Assembly (NCBI GenBank): GCA_021786355.1 | Contig: JAJYNK010000009.1 | Location: forward strand, 517-64,516 | DNA length: 64,000 nt | DNA from: a bacterium | GTDB lineage: Bacteria > Patescibacteriota > Minisyncoccia > UBA6257 > UBA9933 | Reading direction: 5' to 3' | In this document: positions 29,221 through 38,283 of the stretch, piece by piece | How positions within the stretch are numbered: the stretch's first letter is position 1 | Layout of the letters: every line of letters starts with the position of its first letter | The notes under the pieces: model-generated | What the model saw: only the letters and a program-made list of their open reading frames with translations | The model's database searches: none | What the model was told of the DNA's origin: nothing | Made by a program: the position numbers and the translations under genes

Positions 29221-29481
29221 ATGGCCAATTCAAAAAAAGAAAAACCGATCGGCAAAGTAACCCACTATTACGGCAATATCAACGTGGCAATAGTTAAATT
29301 CAACAAAAACGTAGACGTCGGCGCAAAAGTCCATTTTAAGGGCGCCCACACCGATTTTGAACAAGAAATCGGCTCTATGCAGTTTGACCACAAAGATATT
29401 TCTTCCGCTAAAAAAGGCCAAGACGTGGGCATAAAAGTGAACGAAAAAGTTCACGAAAACGACGAAGTTTTTGAAGCTTAG
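29221..29481 (+). CDS. Small translation-factor domain II-like beta-barrel protein
   Basis: IGKVTHYY..I.VA...DFEQ.I.SMQ...A.KG..VGIKV...V.END. Confidence 0.75.
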   Translation: MANSKKEKPIGKVTHYYGNINVAIVKFNKNVDVGAKVHFKGAHTDFEQEIGSMQFDHKDISSAKKGQDVGIKVNEKVHENDEVFEA

Positions 29482-29506
29482 CCTTTAAATTTCTTAATAT
29501 CAAAGC

Positions 29507-30640
29507 ATGATGTTCTTTTTGTTGTCCACCGGACTCCTGGTCGGGTCAATTATCGGGGCGGGAATATTTTCTCTGCCGTATGTTTTTTCAAAATCCGGAT
29601 TTCTCGCCGGAATTATTTATCTTTTAGTTTTAGGTATTTGTACTTTTTTAGTTCATCTAATGTACGCGGACATTATCGCGAGAACCAACGAAACACACCA
29701 TCGTTTTCCGGGATACGCCAAAATTTATCTGGGAGAAAAATCCGGACAACTGGCCGGAATCATAGTGTTTCTGGCAAACTTTTTAACACTGACGGTTTAT
29801 TTAATCCTTTCAATAAGTTTTTTTAATTTAATCAGCCCGCAGTTTCCGCTTTATTATAAATTTTTAATATTTTGGATTCTCGGCTCACTGACTATTTTTT
29901 TGAAAATAGAAAAGGCGGCGTTTTTTGAAATACTGACAACCTCGCTGACAATCGCGGTCATTGTCGCGGTTTTTTTGGCCGGGTACTTTTACGGATTGCC
30001 GGCGGTAAATTCGCCGTCCACGACTTTAAATAATTTAACCCTGCCTTTCAGTCCGACTTTATTTTCTTTATTGGGGCTTGGAGCAATTCCCGCGCTTCTG
30101 GTTTATTTTCGGGAAAAAAAATTGCCTTTTAATAAAATCAAGCGGGTTCTTTTGTGGTCAACGCTAATTGTCGTTATCGCCTATATTTTATTTGTTTTAG
30201 GAATAAGTCGACTTTCGGGAACGGTTTCCGAAGACGCGGTCTCGGGACTGATAGGAAATATCTCTCCGACGATTTTATTTTTCCTGGGAATTTTCGGAAT
30301 TGTTTCGCTTTTAGATTCCTATATGTCGGTGGCTTTTGACGTGGAAAAAACAATGCACTACGAATGGAAGCTGCCGAAGTGGCTTTCTAAAAGTTTCGTG
30401 GTTTTTCTTCCGCCATCCCTTTATTTTTTGGGATTTCAAAATTTTCTTTCTTCAATCGGCGTTGTCGGCGGAATCTTATTTGGCTTGTGGGGGATAATGA
30501 TAATTCTTGTCTGGCGGAAAACCTCGGCTTCATCCTGCCCCACGCAGATTGTCGAAAAAATCCCCAACTGGCTTATTTATTTTCTTTTTGCCGTCTTTAC
30601 CGCAGGAATCGTTTATGAGATTATTTACGCGTTAGCGTAA
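29507..30640 (+). CDS. Amino acid permease (aromatic amino acid transporter family)
   Basis: GSIIGAGIFSLPY; about 11 transmembrane helices. Confidence 0.85.
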   Translation: MMFFLLSTGLLVGSIIGAGIFSLPYVFSKSGFLAGIIYLLVLGICTFLVHLMYADIIARTNETHHRFPGYAKIYLGEKSGQLAGIIVFLANFLTLTVYLILSISFFNLISPQFPLYYKFLIFWILGSLTIFLKIEKAAFFEILTTSLTIAVIVAVFLAGYFYGLPAVNSPSTTLNNLTLPFSPTLFSLLGLGAIPALLVYFREKKLPFNKIKRVLLWSTLIVVIAYILFVLGISRLSGTVSEDAVSGLIGNISPTILFFLGIFGIVSLLDSYMSVAFDVEKTMHYEWKLPKWLSKSFVVFLPPSLYFLGFQNFLSSIGVVGGILFGLWGIMIILVWRKTSASSCPTQIVEKIPNWLIYFLFAVFTAGIVYEIIYALA

Positions 30641-30665
30641 ATTAGCCACTAGAAAAAGAAAAATT

Positions 30666-30737
30666 GCGCCCGTAGTTCAACGGATAGAATACATCCCTCC
30701 GAAGGATGAGATCGAGGTTCAATTCCCCGCAGGCGCA
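30666..30737 (+). tRNA. tRNA-Arg(CCG)
   Basis: CATCC-CTCCGAA-GGATG anticodon arm; single mismatches in the acceptor and T stems. Confidence 0.85.
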
Positions 30738-30782
30738 CAAAGGGAAGATTTTACCTAGCACCACCGCTGCCCATTACGAGGG

Positions 30783-31817
30783 TCAAAACCTCGCAATGTC
30801 CTTGATGGTTATCAGTAGCATCAAAGCAAGAAGCAATGCCAAACCAACAGCGTTGGCGTAACGTTCAAACTTAACAGGCAATGGAGAGCCTTTTATTTTT
30901 TCAATTAACAAAAACAAAATTCTTCCGCCGTCCAAAGCCGGAAACGGAAATATGTTTATCGCCGCCAAGTTCAAAGAAATCAGGGCTAGAAGCTGAAATA
31001 AATAAACTATACCTAATTTACTGACCTCGCCGGTGATTTTTACGATCCCGACCGGCCCGGTTAGTCCTGCTAAACTGCCCTCGCCCAAAATCGCGGTTTT
31101 AATAAGATTAAATATCGCCACATAAATCATTGAAAAAATTTCAAACGCGCTTTTTAAACCCTCCCAAACAGCTTTGAACACGTTCATTTTAGGCTGGCCC
31201 GCGTCTATCAAAGCCACTCCCAAAGCGCCTTCGCCAACAGGCGGATTTTTTCTAGGCGTTGATTTTATTTCAATTTCTTTTCCGGCGCGCTCTATTTTTA
31301 AATTAACTTTTTGCCCGCGATGCTGGTCTATAAAACTTATAAAATCTTTAGTTGTTTTAAAATCAACCAGCTTGTCATTAGATAAAATACCGCTTTCAGC
31401 GGCCGGGCTGCCCGCCTTAACATCGGTAATAAAAACCGCCTGCGGCACGCCAATCGAAAAAACAATCGCGATAAGTATCCAGCCGAGGATAAAATTCATC
31501 ACCACTCCGGCGGCGATAATAATAATTCTTTTCCAAACCGGCAAAAATGAAAAATTCCTCGATTTATTCTCTTTTGAAAGAATTTCGTCTTTATCTTCCT
31601 GGTCTTCTCCGTAAATTTTCACGAACCCGCCAAAGGGAAGCGCGTTGATACTATAAACAGTTTCTCCTTTTTTCTTTCCCCAGATTTTGGGGGGTAAGCC
31701 GAATCCGAATTCCTGAATCCAAAGCCCGAATTTTTTGGCAGTCAAAAAATGCCCTAATTCGTGGACTATAATAAAAACGGAAATAAAAATTACAACCACT
31801 ATAATTCCTAGCAACAT
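30783..31817 (-). CDS. rseP: RIP metalloprotease (site-2 protease) with PDZ domain
   Basis: HELGH, PFGGFV, AGVVMN, N..P.PALDGG. Confidence 0.93.
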   Translation of the reverse strand: MLLGIIVVVIFISVFIIVHELGHFLTAKKFGLWIQEFGFGLPPKIWGKKKGETVYSINALPFGGFVKIYGEDQEDKDEILSKENKSRNFSFLPVWKRIIIIAAGVVMNFILGWILIAIVFSIGVPQAVFITDVKAGSPAAESGILSNDKLVDFKTTKDFISFIDQHRGQKVNLKIERAGKEIEIKSTPRKNPPVGEGALGVALIDAGQPKMNVFKAVWEGLKSAFEIFSMIYVAIFNLIKTAILGEGSLAGLTGPVGIVKITGEVSKLGIVYLFQLLALISLNLAAINIFPFPALDGGRILFLLIEKIKGSPLPVKFERYANAVGLALLLALMLLITIKDIARF

Positions 31818-31822
31818 AAATG

Positions 31823-32374
31823 TTATTCTTCTATTTCTTTAATTTTCTGTTCCAATATTTTTTCGATTTCTTCATTGGCTTTGTCGGTTGCTTCCTGAAT
31901 TTTGTCTTTTGCTTTGAATTTACCGTCTTCGGTGATTTTGCCGGCCTCGAATTCATTTTTGCTTTCTTTTATGGCTTCGTCTCTGTGGCTTCTTATTCCG
32001 ATGCGCGCTGATTCGCCTTCTTTTTTAACAATTTTAATAAGCTCTTCGCGGCGCTCTTGCGACAAAGGAGGCAGATTTATATGAATCACATTTCCGTCAA
32101 CCGAGCTGGAAACGTTTAAATTGGAAGATTCAATGGCTTTAGCGACAATATTAACCGCGTTTTTATCCCAAATTGATATTTGAATTTCTCGAGGCGGGAC
32201 AACGCTAATAGCGCCAACTTGCTTGACAGTTAATTTCTGGCCGTAATACTCCACTGAGATGTCTTCCACGAGCTTAGGAGAAGGCCGGTTGCCGCGAACC
32301 GTGCCAAGTTCCGATTTCAAATGTTCCATATTTTGTTTTAACCCAAGCTCGAGGTTTTTTAAGATAATATCCAT
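31823..32374 (-). CDS. frr: Ribosome recycling factor
   Basis: VR.NR, VEYYG, LPPLSQERR.EL.K...E.ARI.IR. Confidence 0.96.
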   Translation of the reverse strand: MDIILKNLELGLKQNMEHLKSELGTVRGNRPSPKLVEDISVEYYGQKLTVKQVGAISVVPPREIQISIWDKNAVNIVAKAIESSNLNVSSSVDGNVIHINLPPLSQERREELIKIVKKEGESARIGIRSHRDEAIKESKNEFEAGKITEDGKFKAKDKIQEATDKANEEIEKILEQKIKEIEE

Positions 32375-32444
32375 TGGGTTATTTTAGCATTTAAGATCGG
32401 CGCGCGAAAGCACTATTTTATAATTAATCAAAATTCTGCGCCGC

Positions 32445-32466
32445 GCACTATAGTATACTATAGTGC
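32445..32466. repeat. TATAGTATACTATA palindrome, copy 3
   Basis: 22-bp perfect palindrome. Confidence 0.9.
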
Positions 32467-32497
32467 CATCAGCTAATCCAGGGTTGTCTTCGCTTAA

Positions 32498-33205
32498 TTA
32501 TTTTTTAGCGTTTTTTAAAAGACTTTCAACCAGTCGAACTTGGAGTTTTTTGTTTAAATTAAAACGCTTCATTAAAGAAAGACGGTTAAGAGCCTCTTTT
32601 AACACGAGGTGATTTTTTTTAACGTCCTTTGCCAGTTTGGCGATTATTTCGTTAAGTTTTTCTGTTTGGTCATCGCCATTTGATTCTTTTTTTTCTTTTT
32701 CTGATTTTTCAGGATGGGGACTCGCCCTCCGAAGCCTTGGCGAAGGAGGGAAATAAATTTTCTGGAAACGCGAAGAAACGGTTGGTAAAAGATTTTCCGG
32801 ATTTTGCCCTATTAAAATTATCAAGGACTGCTTGGGCGGTTCTTCAACTATTTTTAATATCGCGCTTTGAGCTTCAGAAGTTAATTTTTCGGCTCCGGTG
32901 ATTATAACTGTTTTTCTTTTAGCCACAGCCGGCCGATAATAAAGAAATTTTTGCAGATTGCGAATTTCATCTATGCCGATACTACCCTTTTCATTGGGGC
33001 CGATAACGGACAAATCCTGCAGCAGCTTGCTTGAATCGCCAAACTTTCCGATTTCCAAAAAATTCGCCAGCTTTTTGGCAAAATTAAAAATTTCTTTTTG
33101 GCTTTCTCCGAAAAAAAAATAAGAATGGGAGAGATGGCTGTTTTCGGCAAGCGATTTAAAATTTTGTTCGGCTTCTTTGAAAAAATCCATTGGTTTATTT
33201 GTCAT
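32498..33205 (-). CDS. holB: DNA polymerase III delta' subunit-like protein
   Basis: HSYFF.G, IGIDEIR, AEKLT.EAQ.A.LK.VEEP, LLPTV.SR; P-loop is degenerate. Confidence 0.75.
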   Translation of the reverse strand: MTNKPMDFFKEAEQNFKSLAENSHLSHSYFFFGESQKEIFNFAKKLANFLEIGKFGDSSKLLQDLSVIGPNEKGSIGIDEIRNLQKFLYYRPAVAKRKTVIITGAEKLTSEAQSAILKIVEEPPKQSLIILIGQNPENLLPTVSSRFQKIYFPPSPRLRRASPHPEKSEKEKKESNGDDQTEKLNEIIAKLAKDVKKNHLVLKEALNRLSLMKRFNLNKKLQVRLVESLLKNAKK

Positions 33206-33262
33206 CCCGAGTCGCCTTAGGCAACGAGGGATCTCTCGATTCTTCGCTACGCTCAGAATGAC
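33201..33262. repeat. GTCAT...ATGAC palindromic element, copy 2
   Basis: Homologous to 18389-18442. Confidence 0.8.
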
Positions 33263-33281
33263 AGACGCAGCCTAAATACGA

Positions 33282-33689
33282 TTATCTCTTTTTCATTTTA
33301 ATTATTTTCAAAACGTCTTTACCGCTTAAAATTTCCGCGTTAGACCCGATAACTTTGAGTCCGTTATATTCCTTAGGGTCGTGGGAAGCGGTAATTATCG
33401 CGCCCGGAGCTTTGAATTTATTAGCACAAAAGTTGAGCATAGGCGTTGTAGAAAGACCGATATCGATTATATCCAATTCACCTTTACTTCCTTCAATAAG
33501 GCCTTTCACGAAAGATTTTTTAAGTTGCGGGGAGCTCAAGCGGACATCCTGGCCGATAAAAAATTTTTTATTTTTATTTTTGGTAAAATATTTTCCGAGA
33601 GCAGAGCCAATTTCAAAAAAAGTTTTTGAATTAACATCGGAAGGATATTTTCCTCTGATATCGTAAGCTCGAAAGATACCTTGGTTCAT
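33282..33689 (-). CDS. Phosphohexomutase domain I only (135 aa)
   Basis: IFRAYDIRG, GQDVRLSS, STTP, ITASHDP.EYNGLK. Confidence 0.8.
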   Translation of the reverse strand: MNQGIFRAYDIRGKYPSDVNSKTFFEIGSALGKYFTKNKNKKFFIGQDVRLSSPQLKKSFVKGLIEGSKGELDIIDIGLSTTPMLNFCANKFKAPGAIITASHDPKEYNGLKVIGSNAEILSGKDVLKIIKMKKR

Positions 33690-33815
33690 TGGTTAATTAG
33701 TTAATTGGTTGATTAGTTCAATAATACAGAAGTAGGTCACGGATGGCAATTTTACTTTACAAAAAAACTATATCTGCTACTTTTAAGACAGCACAAATCC
33801 AGCGAGGAGGCGATT

Positions 33816-34028
33816 ATGAGACTTTCAGTCGAATGCCTAGAGGCGGCCATCACAAGATTACACAACCTTCGGGCTGCTCAGATCATCGCAGAAAACCCAG
33901 CCGTTGCCAGTCTCGTAGCGGAAGAAACCCGGGATGCTGATTACTTATTAAAAAATATCAATGGGCTCCTGCGGGAAAGAATCACCCTCGATCTGATCTT
34001 TGACAAGATAGTCAACCCCGGTAACTGA
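33816..34028 (+). CDS. Small hypothetical protein
   Basis: SD GAGGAGG with good spacing; upstream TTTACA...TG-TACTTT promoter-like boxes. Confidence 0.55.
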   Translation: MRLSVECLEAAITRLHNLRAAQIIAENPAVASLVAEETRDADYLLKNINGLLRERITLDLIFDKIVNPGN

Positions 34029-34064
34029 ACGCCGAGATATAGTCACAGAGAAAGAGAGGCGAAA

Positions 34065-34232
34065 ATGTGTTGGCGAGATGATGTTCACACGAACAGAGTT
34101 TGTTCTTTTTGCCACCAACCCTATTACGGAGATCTTGGCCACAGAAACTGTCCAGCGCTTCGCAAGGAAAAGTCACCGGACAAGCTGAAGAAAATTTCCG
34201 CCGCCTCCAAACATCAAAAGAAGAGTTGTTAA
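34065..34232 (+). CDS. 55-aa Cys/His-rich small protein (not in the ORF track)
   Basis: SD GAGAGG; MCWRDDVHTNRVCSFCHQPYYGDLGHRNCP...; followed by a hairpin and T-run. Confidence 0.45.
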   Translation: MCWRDDVHTNRVCSFCHQPYYGDLGHRNCPALRKEKSPDKLKKISAASKHQKKSC

Positions 34233-34282
34233 AAATCGATTTCGATTGGACGAAAAAGCAGGCCCGGCGCCTGCTTTCTTTT

Positions 34283-35692
34283 TTACCCTATTTTTGCTTT
34301 TATATATTCCGCAAGCTCTTCTATTTTTACTCTTTCCTGTTTCATCGTGTCGCGGTCGCGCACGGTAACATCTCCTTTTTCTAGAGTGTCGTAATCAACG
34401 GTTATGCAAAACGGAGTGCCGATTTCGTCCTGCCTTCTGTAGCGCTTGCCGATATTTCCATTGTCGTCAAACTCGCACATAAAATTTTGTTTTAAATTAT
34501 CAAAAATTTCTTTTGCTTTGCCAACCAACTCCGGTTTATTTTTCACCAAGGGGAAAACCGCAACTTTAACCGGCGCTAATTCGGGCTTGAATTTCATCAC
34601 GATTCTAGTTTCTTCCTTGCCGTCTTCGCCCTTGATGGTTTCTTCGGTATAAGCCTCCGCAAGCACCGCTAAAAGAGTGCGAGTTAATCCGAAAGACGGC
34701 TCGATGCAGTGCGGAACAAACTTACTGCCGTCCTCGTCGGCATAACTTAAATCCACTCCGGAAAATTTAATATGCTGGCTCAAATCGTAATCGGTCCGGT
34801 ACGCAAACCCATGAAGCTCTCCCCAGCCCAAAGAAGGGAATTTATACTCCACATCATAAGTGTCTTTTGAATAAAACGAGCGTTCATTGTCGTCGTGGCG
34901 GCGCCATCTCATATTTTCATCGGATAATCCCAAATTTTCTTTGAAAAAACTTTTTATGTCTTCCATCCATTTTTCAAACGGAGCCCGCCAATCTTTTTCG
35001 GTTTGAGGGGGTTTAATAAAATATTCGATTTCCATCTGCTCGAATTCCCGGGTCCGAAAAATAAAATTACCCGGCGTGATTTCATTTCTAAACGCCTTGC
35101 CGATTTGAGCGATGCCAAACGGAAGCTTGGGACGCATGGTGTTTAAAATATTTTTGAAGTTGATAAAAATCCCTTGCGCTGTTTCGCCTCTTAAATAGGC
35201 AATGCTTTTTGAATCCGCCACCACGCCAATGTGGGTTTCGAAAAGAAGGTTGAACTTGCGCGCGTCGGTCCAGTCAGACCCGCCGCAATCAGGACAAACG
35301 ATTTTTAATTCGTTCATTTTTTGCCCGATTTCTTCAAACTTAAGCTTGGCGGTTTCGTCCACGCCGATTTTTTCTTCGAGCAGTTTGTCGCCACGATGCC
35401 TTGTTTTGCATTTTTTGCAATCAACCAAAGGATCGTTGAAATTGCTGACATGACCGGACGCTTCCCAAACTTTCGGGTTGGTGATAATAGCCGAATCGAG
35501 ACCAACAACGTCGTCCCGTTTTTGCACGAAAGTTTTCCACCAGGAAGAGGCGATGTTATTTTTTAATTCCGTTCCGTAAGGTCCGTAATCCCAGGCATTG
35601 GCCATTCCGCCGTAAATTTCCGAGTCAGGAAAAACAAAGCCTCGCCTTTTGCAAAGCGAGACGATTTTCTCCATTGTGAGTTCTTCTTTCAT
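34283..35692 (-). CDS. glyQS: Glycine--tRNA ligase (homodimeric type)
   Basis: KRRGF, LRGETAQG, FRNEI.P, FRTREFEQME, IEPSFG, IGKRYRRQDEIG. Confidence 0.96.
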   Translation of the reverse strand: MKEELTMEKIVSLCKRRGFVFPDSEIYGGMANAWDYGPYGTELKNNIASSWWKTFVQKRDDVVGLDSAIITNPKVWEASGHVSNFNDPLVDCKKCKTRHRGDKLLEEKIGVDETAKLKFEEIGQKMNELKIVCPDCGGSDWTDARKFNLLFETHIGVVADSKSIAYLRGETAQGIFINFKNILNTMRPKLPFGIAQIGKAFRNEITPGNFIFRTREFEQMEIEYFIKPPQTEKDWRAPFEKWMEDIKSFFKENLGLSDENMRWRRHDDNERSFYSKDTYDVEYKFPSLGWGELHGFAYRTDYDLSQHIKFSGVDLSYADEDGSKFVPHCIEPSFGLTRTLLAVLAEAYTEETIKGEDGKEETRIVMKFKPELAPVKVAVFPLVKNKPELVGKAKEIFDNLKQNFMCEFDDNGNIGKRYRRQDEIGTPFCITVDYDTLEKGDVTVRDRDTMKQERVKIEELAEYIKAKIG

Positions 35693-35694
35693 TA

Positions 35695-37557
35695 TTATCT
35701 TACGATATCAACGGTTTGAAGAGAATCCGTTCCTGAGTTCACCGGAAGACCGGTAAATTCATCGGTCGCCGTAAGCTGAACAGCTGACAAAATCGGAAGT
35801 AGCGCGTTAGCCTGCGAAATACTGGGCGCTATTTCAACTTCAAACGTTGTTTCTATCGGTTTTCCTGTTACGCCTTTATTGGCTATTATCCGTCCGATAT
35901 TCCAAGAAACTTCTTGAGTTCGTTCATTATAGGTAGGCAGGCCGTCAGTGTCAATATTAGCGGCGACGGTCCCGGTCCACGAAGCGCCGGATTGCAAAAC
36001 CGCTTTGATTTTCGCGTCTTTTTTGTCGGTTGCGTAGTTTTTGATAATCCAATGGACAAGATACCGAGTGGGCTTATTAACTTGGGGCGGATAGGGCCCC
36101 TTTTTATTGTATTCGGCATAAGCGCTTATTTCGGTTCTTCCTCCGATTTTTGTTTCGGAACTGTTAACGCCTACTGTTTTGTCGCTGGAAATATAATAAG
36201 GAACGGTGGGCGAGGAAATTTCTCCTTCGGCTTTTAAAGAAAAATTTTTGTCGGATAATTTTTTTATCGGATAAATCGTTTTTGTTTTAAAAGAAAATGA
36301 AACCGTTCCTTTAGCGCCTTGGGAAAGATTTTTTAGCCCCGGTTCCTGCGAAGCATTCCAGATAACAGTATTGCTGTTCGAATCGAAAAACCCGTTACCC
36401 CGATAACTCGCAAAATCAAACATCGCGCCGGAAACTTTTACCTTTATAACCGCGTCCGCTAAACTATCTTCGGTGTTATTGCCATAGATGACGCTATAAT
36501 TTATCGTGTCTCCCGGAAAAGCCACGAAATTAGGATCGTTATTGGGGATGATGCTTAGAGAAAGAGGCGAGGAAGCAATGCCGAGATTGGCGGTTTTTTC
36601 ACCAAGAGGATATTCTTTGCCGTCTAATTCGATAAAAATTTTAGCCCTCACATCAAAAAACATACTATCCGGCCCAACAATGCTTCCTTTTATGGAAACG
36701 TTGTTTTCCATTCCGCCGGGCATTAAAGTTGTCCATATATTATTGCCGCTTGCGGGAGCCGGAGACGCTTCTTTGAATTTAAATGCAGCCGGATAAGCCA
36801 TTTCTAAACGGACTTTTGAAAAATTATAGTCGGAAAAATTTTTGTAGCTTGCGGTTATTTCAAATTGTTCGCCGGAAAAAACTTTTTGCGGAGCGCTCAA
36901 ATTAATGCCAACCGCCGGCTGGTCGGCAAAAATTTCAATGGTTTGTTTTTTTTCAAATTTAGTATTTAAATTCGGAGGTAAATACGAAAAGTAAACATCT
37001 ATTTTTTTTGCCGGATCGTTTGTGTCTAAAATCGCCAGCGAAAAAGATTTTTGATAAGAGTCGCCGCTTTCCAAAATTCCTATATTTTCTTCGATAACCT
37101 GCCTATCGCTATATTTGCCTAATCCGGCAACTCCTTCAGGAATCTGAATATCGATAAGCGAATCCCGCATTGCGCTTTTCGATTTGTTTTCTATGTTTAT
37201 TTTTACTTCAAACGGCTGGCCGGCTAAAACTTTACTTGGCGCTTTGGCTTCGAAAATAAAATCCTTGGTTTTTAAATATTGCGATAAATAATAACCGGCA
37301 AATGATCCGGCAATTATAAGCGTGGCAACAATCAGCCAAAAAATAACTTTTGAAAACTGGCTGACTTTTAAAAAAATCGATGAACTTGTCATTTGGCTTA
37401 TTTTATCGGAAACTCCGCTCCATTTCGGAATTGTTTGTTTTTCTTCCGGCGCTGAAATTTTTTTCTCTTCTTGCTTGGAAATTTTTGGAGTTTCTTTTTC
37501 CGATTCTTTTTTACTTCCCAAGCCGTATAAATTTTTTTCGAGATCTTCTAGACTCAT
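35695..37557 (-). CDS. Membrane-anchored protein with Ig-like beta-sandwich repeats
   Basis: Single transmembrane helix; repeated P..V..G..F...I...N patterns. Confidence 0.7.
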   Translation of the reverse strand: MSLEDLEKNLYGLGSKKESEKETPKISKQEEKKISAPEEKQTIPKWSGVSDKISQMTSSSIFLKVSQFSKVIFWLIVATLIIAGSFAGYYLSQYLKTKDFIFEAKAPSKVLAGQPFEVKINIENKSKSAMRDSLIDIQIPEGVAGLGKYSDRQVIEENIGILESGDSYQKSFSLAILDTNDPAKKIDVYFSYLPPNLNTKFEKKQTIEIFADQPAVGINLSAPQKVFSGEQFEITASYKNFSDYNFSKVRLEMAYPAAFKFKEASPAPASGNNIWTTLMPGGMENNVSIKGSIVGPDSMFFDVRAKIFIELDGKEYPLGEKTANLGIASSPLSLSIIPNNDPNFVAFPGDTINYSVIYGNNTEDSLADAVIKVKVSGAMFDFASYRGNGFFDSNSNTVIWNASQEPGLKNLSQGAKGTVSFSFKTKTIYPIKKLSDKNFSLKAEGEISSPTVPYYISSDKTVGVNSSETKIGGRTEISAYAEYNKKGPYPPQVNKPTRYLVHWIIKNYATDKKDAKIKAVLQSGASWTGTVAANIDTDGLPTYNERTQEVSWNIGRIIANKGVTGKPIETTFEVEIAPSISQANALLPILSAVQLTATDEFTGLPVNSGTDSLQTVDIVR

Positions 37558-38132
37558 ACTTTTATCAATATTAACTCTTTTTTACTTTCTTTTGAAGAAT
37601 GCTCTCTGCACAAAAAATTTTGGTTTTCTTTATTAAAAAATTCCGGATTTTCTTTCTGGCAAATTTCACAGACCGCGAACCGCGGATCAAATCCCAGATC
37701 GCGTAAAATTATTTTATAAGCATCTTCCAGTTTCGGGTTTGTTTTAAAAATATCCACAATCGAATGCCAAAGTTGCTGATCCGGCTGAAATTCAAAAGCT
37801 GTTTCATTGATAAAATTCGCGATTGTTAAAAACTTCGCCAGTTTTTCGGCTGAAGTTTTAATTCCTTGAAAATTATTCCTTTGAGAAGGCAGAGCGTCCA
37901 CCACTTGCATGCGCCCGTTTCCAACAAGGCGGATGTTTATAAAATTAAGCGGCTCCAAGTACGCGCTTAATTTTGATTTTATTCTTTTTAATCCTTTGGC
38001 CTTGGCAACGACTCTGCCCAGTTTTTCGGAATAAATATGGACTGTTGCGTCAGCTTCTCCGTTTTCTTTTTTCGCCAGCACCAAAGCTTCGGTAAAATAT
38101 TCAGTCATTTTATAATCCATAAATCTTAACAA
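37554..38132 (-). CDS. recO: DNA repair protein RecO
   Basis: GEAD, G...AKAKG...KSKL...LEP; CxxC...C. Confidence 0.88.
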   Translation of the reverse strand: MLRFMDYKMTEYFTEALVLAKKENGEADATVHIYSEKLGRVVAKAKGLKRIKSKLSAYLEPLNFINIRLVGNGRMQVVDALPSQRNNFQGIKTSAEKLAKFLTIANFINETAFEFQPDQQLWHSIVDIFKTNPKLEDAYKIILRDLGFDPRFAVCEICQKENPEFFNKENQNFLCREHSSKESKKELILIKV

Positions 38133-38160
38133 AAATATTCTTATAGCTAAAGACGTTTGA

Positions 38161-38209
38161 CCCCGTTAGAAGTCGCGAACGCATCACGCGCGTCCTATTT
38201 CTAACAGGG
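38161..38209. mobile_element. Inverted-repeat element (GTTAGA/TCTAAC type)
   Basis: TTTGA on both flanks; 42/49 identical to the reverse complement of 16690-16738. Confidence 0.8.
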
Positions 38210-38283
38210 TTTGACTTGGGTTTATTTTTTGTGGTAAAGATTTATTAGTAAATACAAAAAATCAAACGAAGGAGGGCGCCGCG

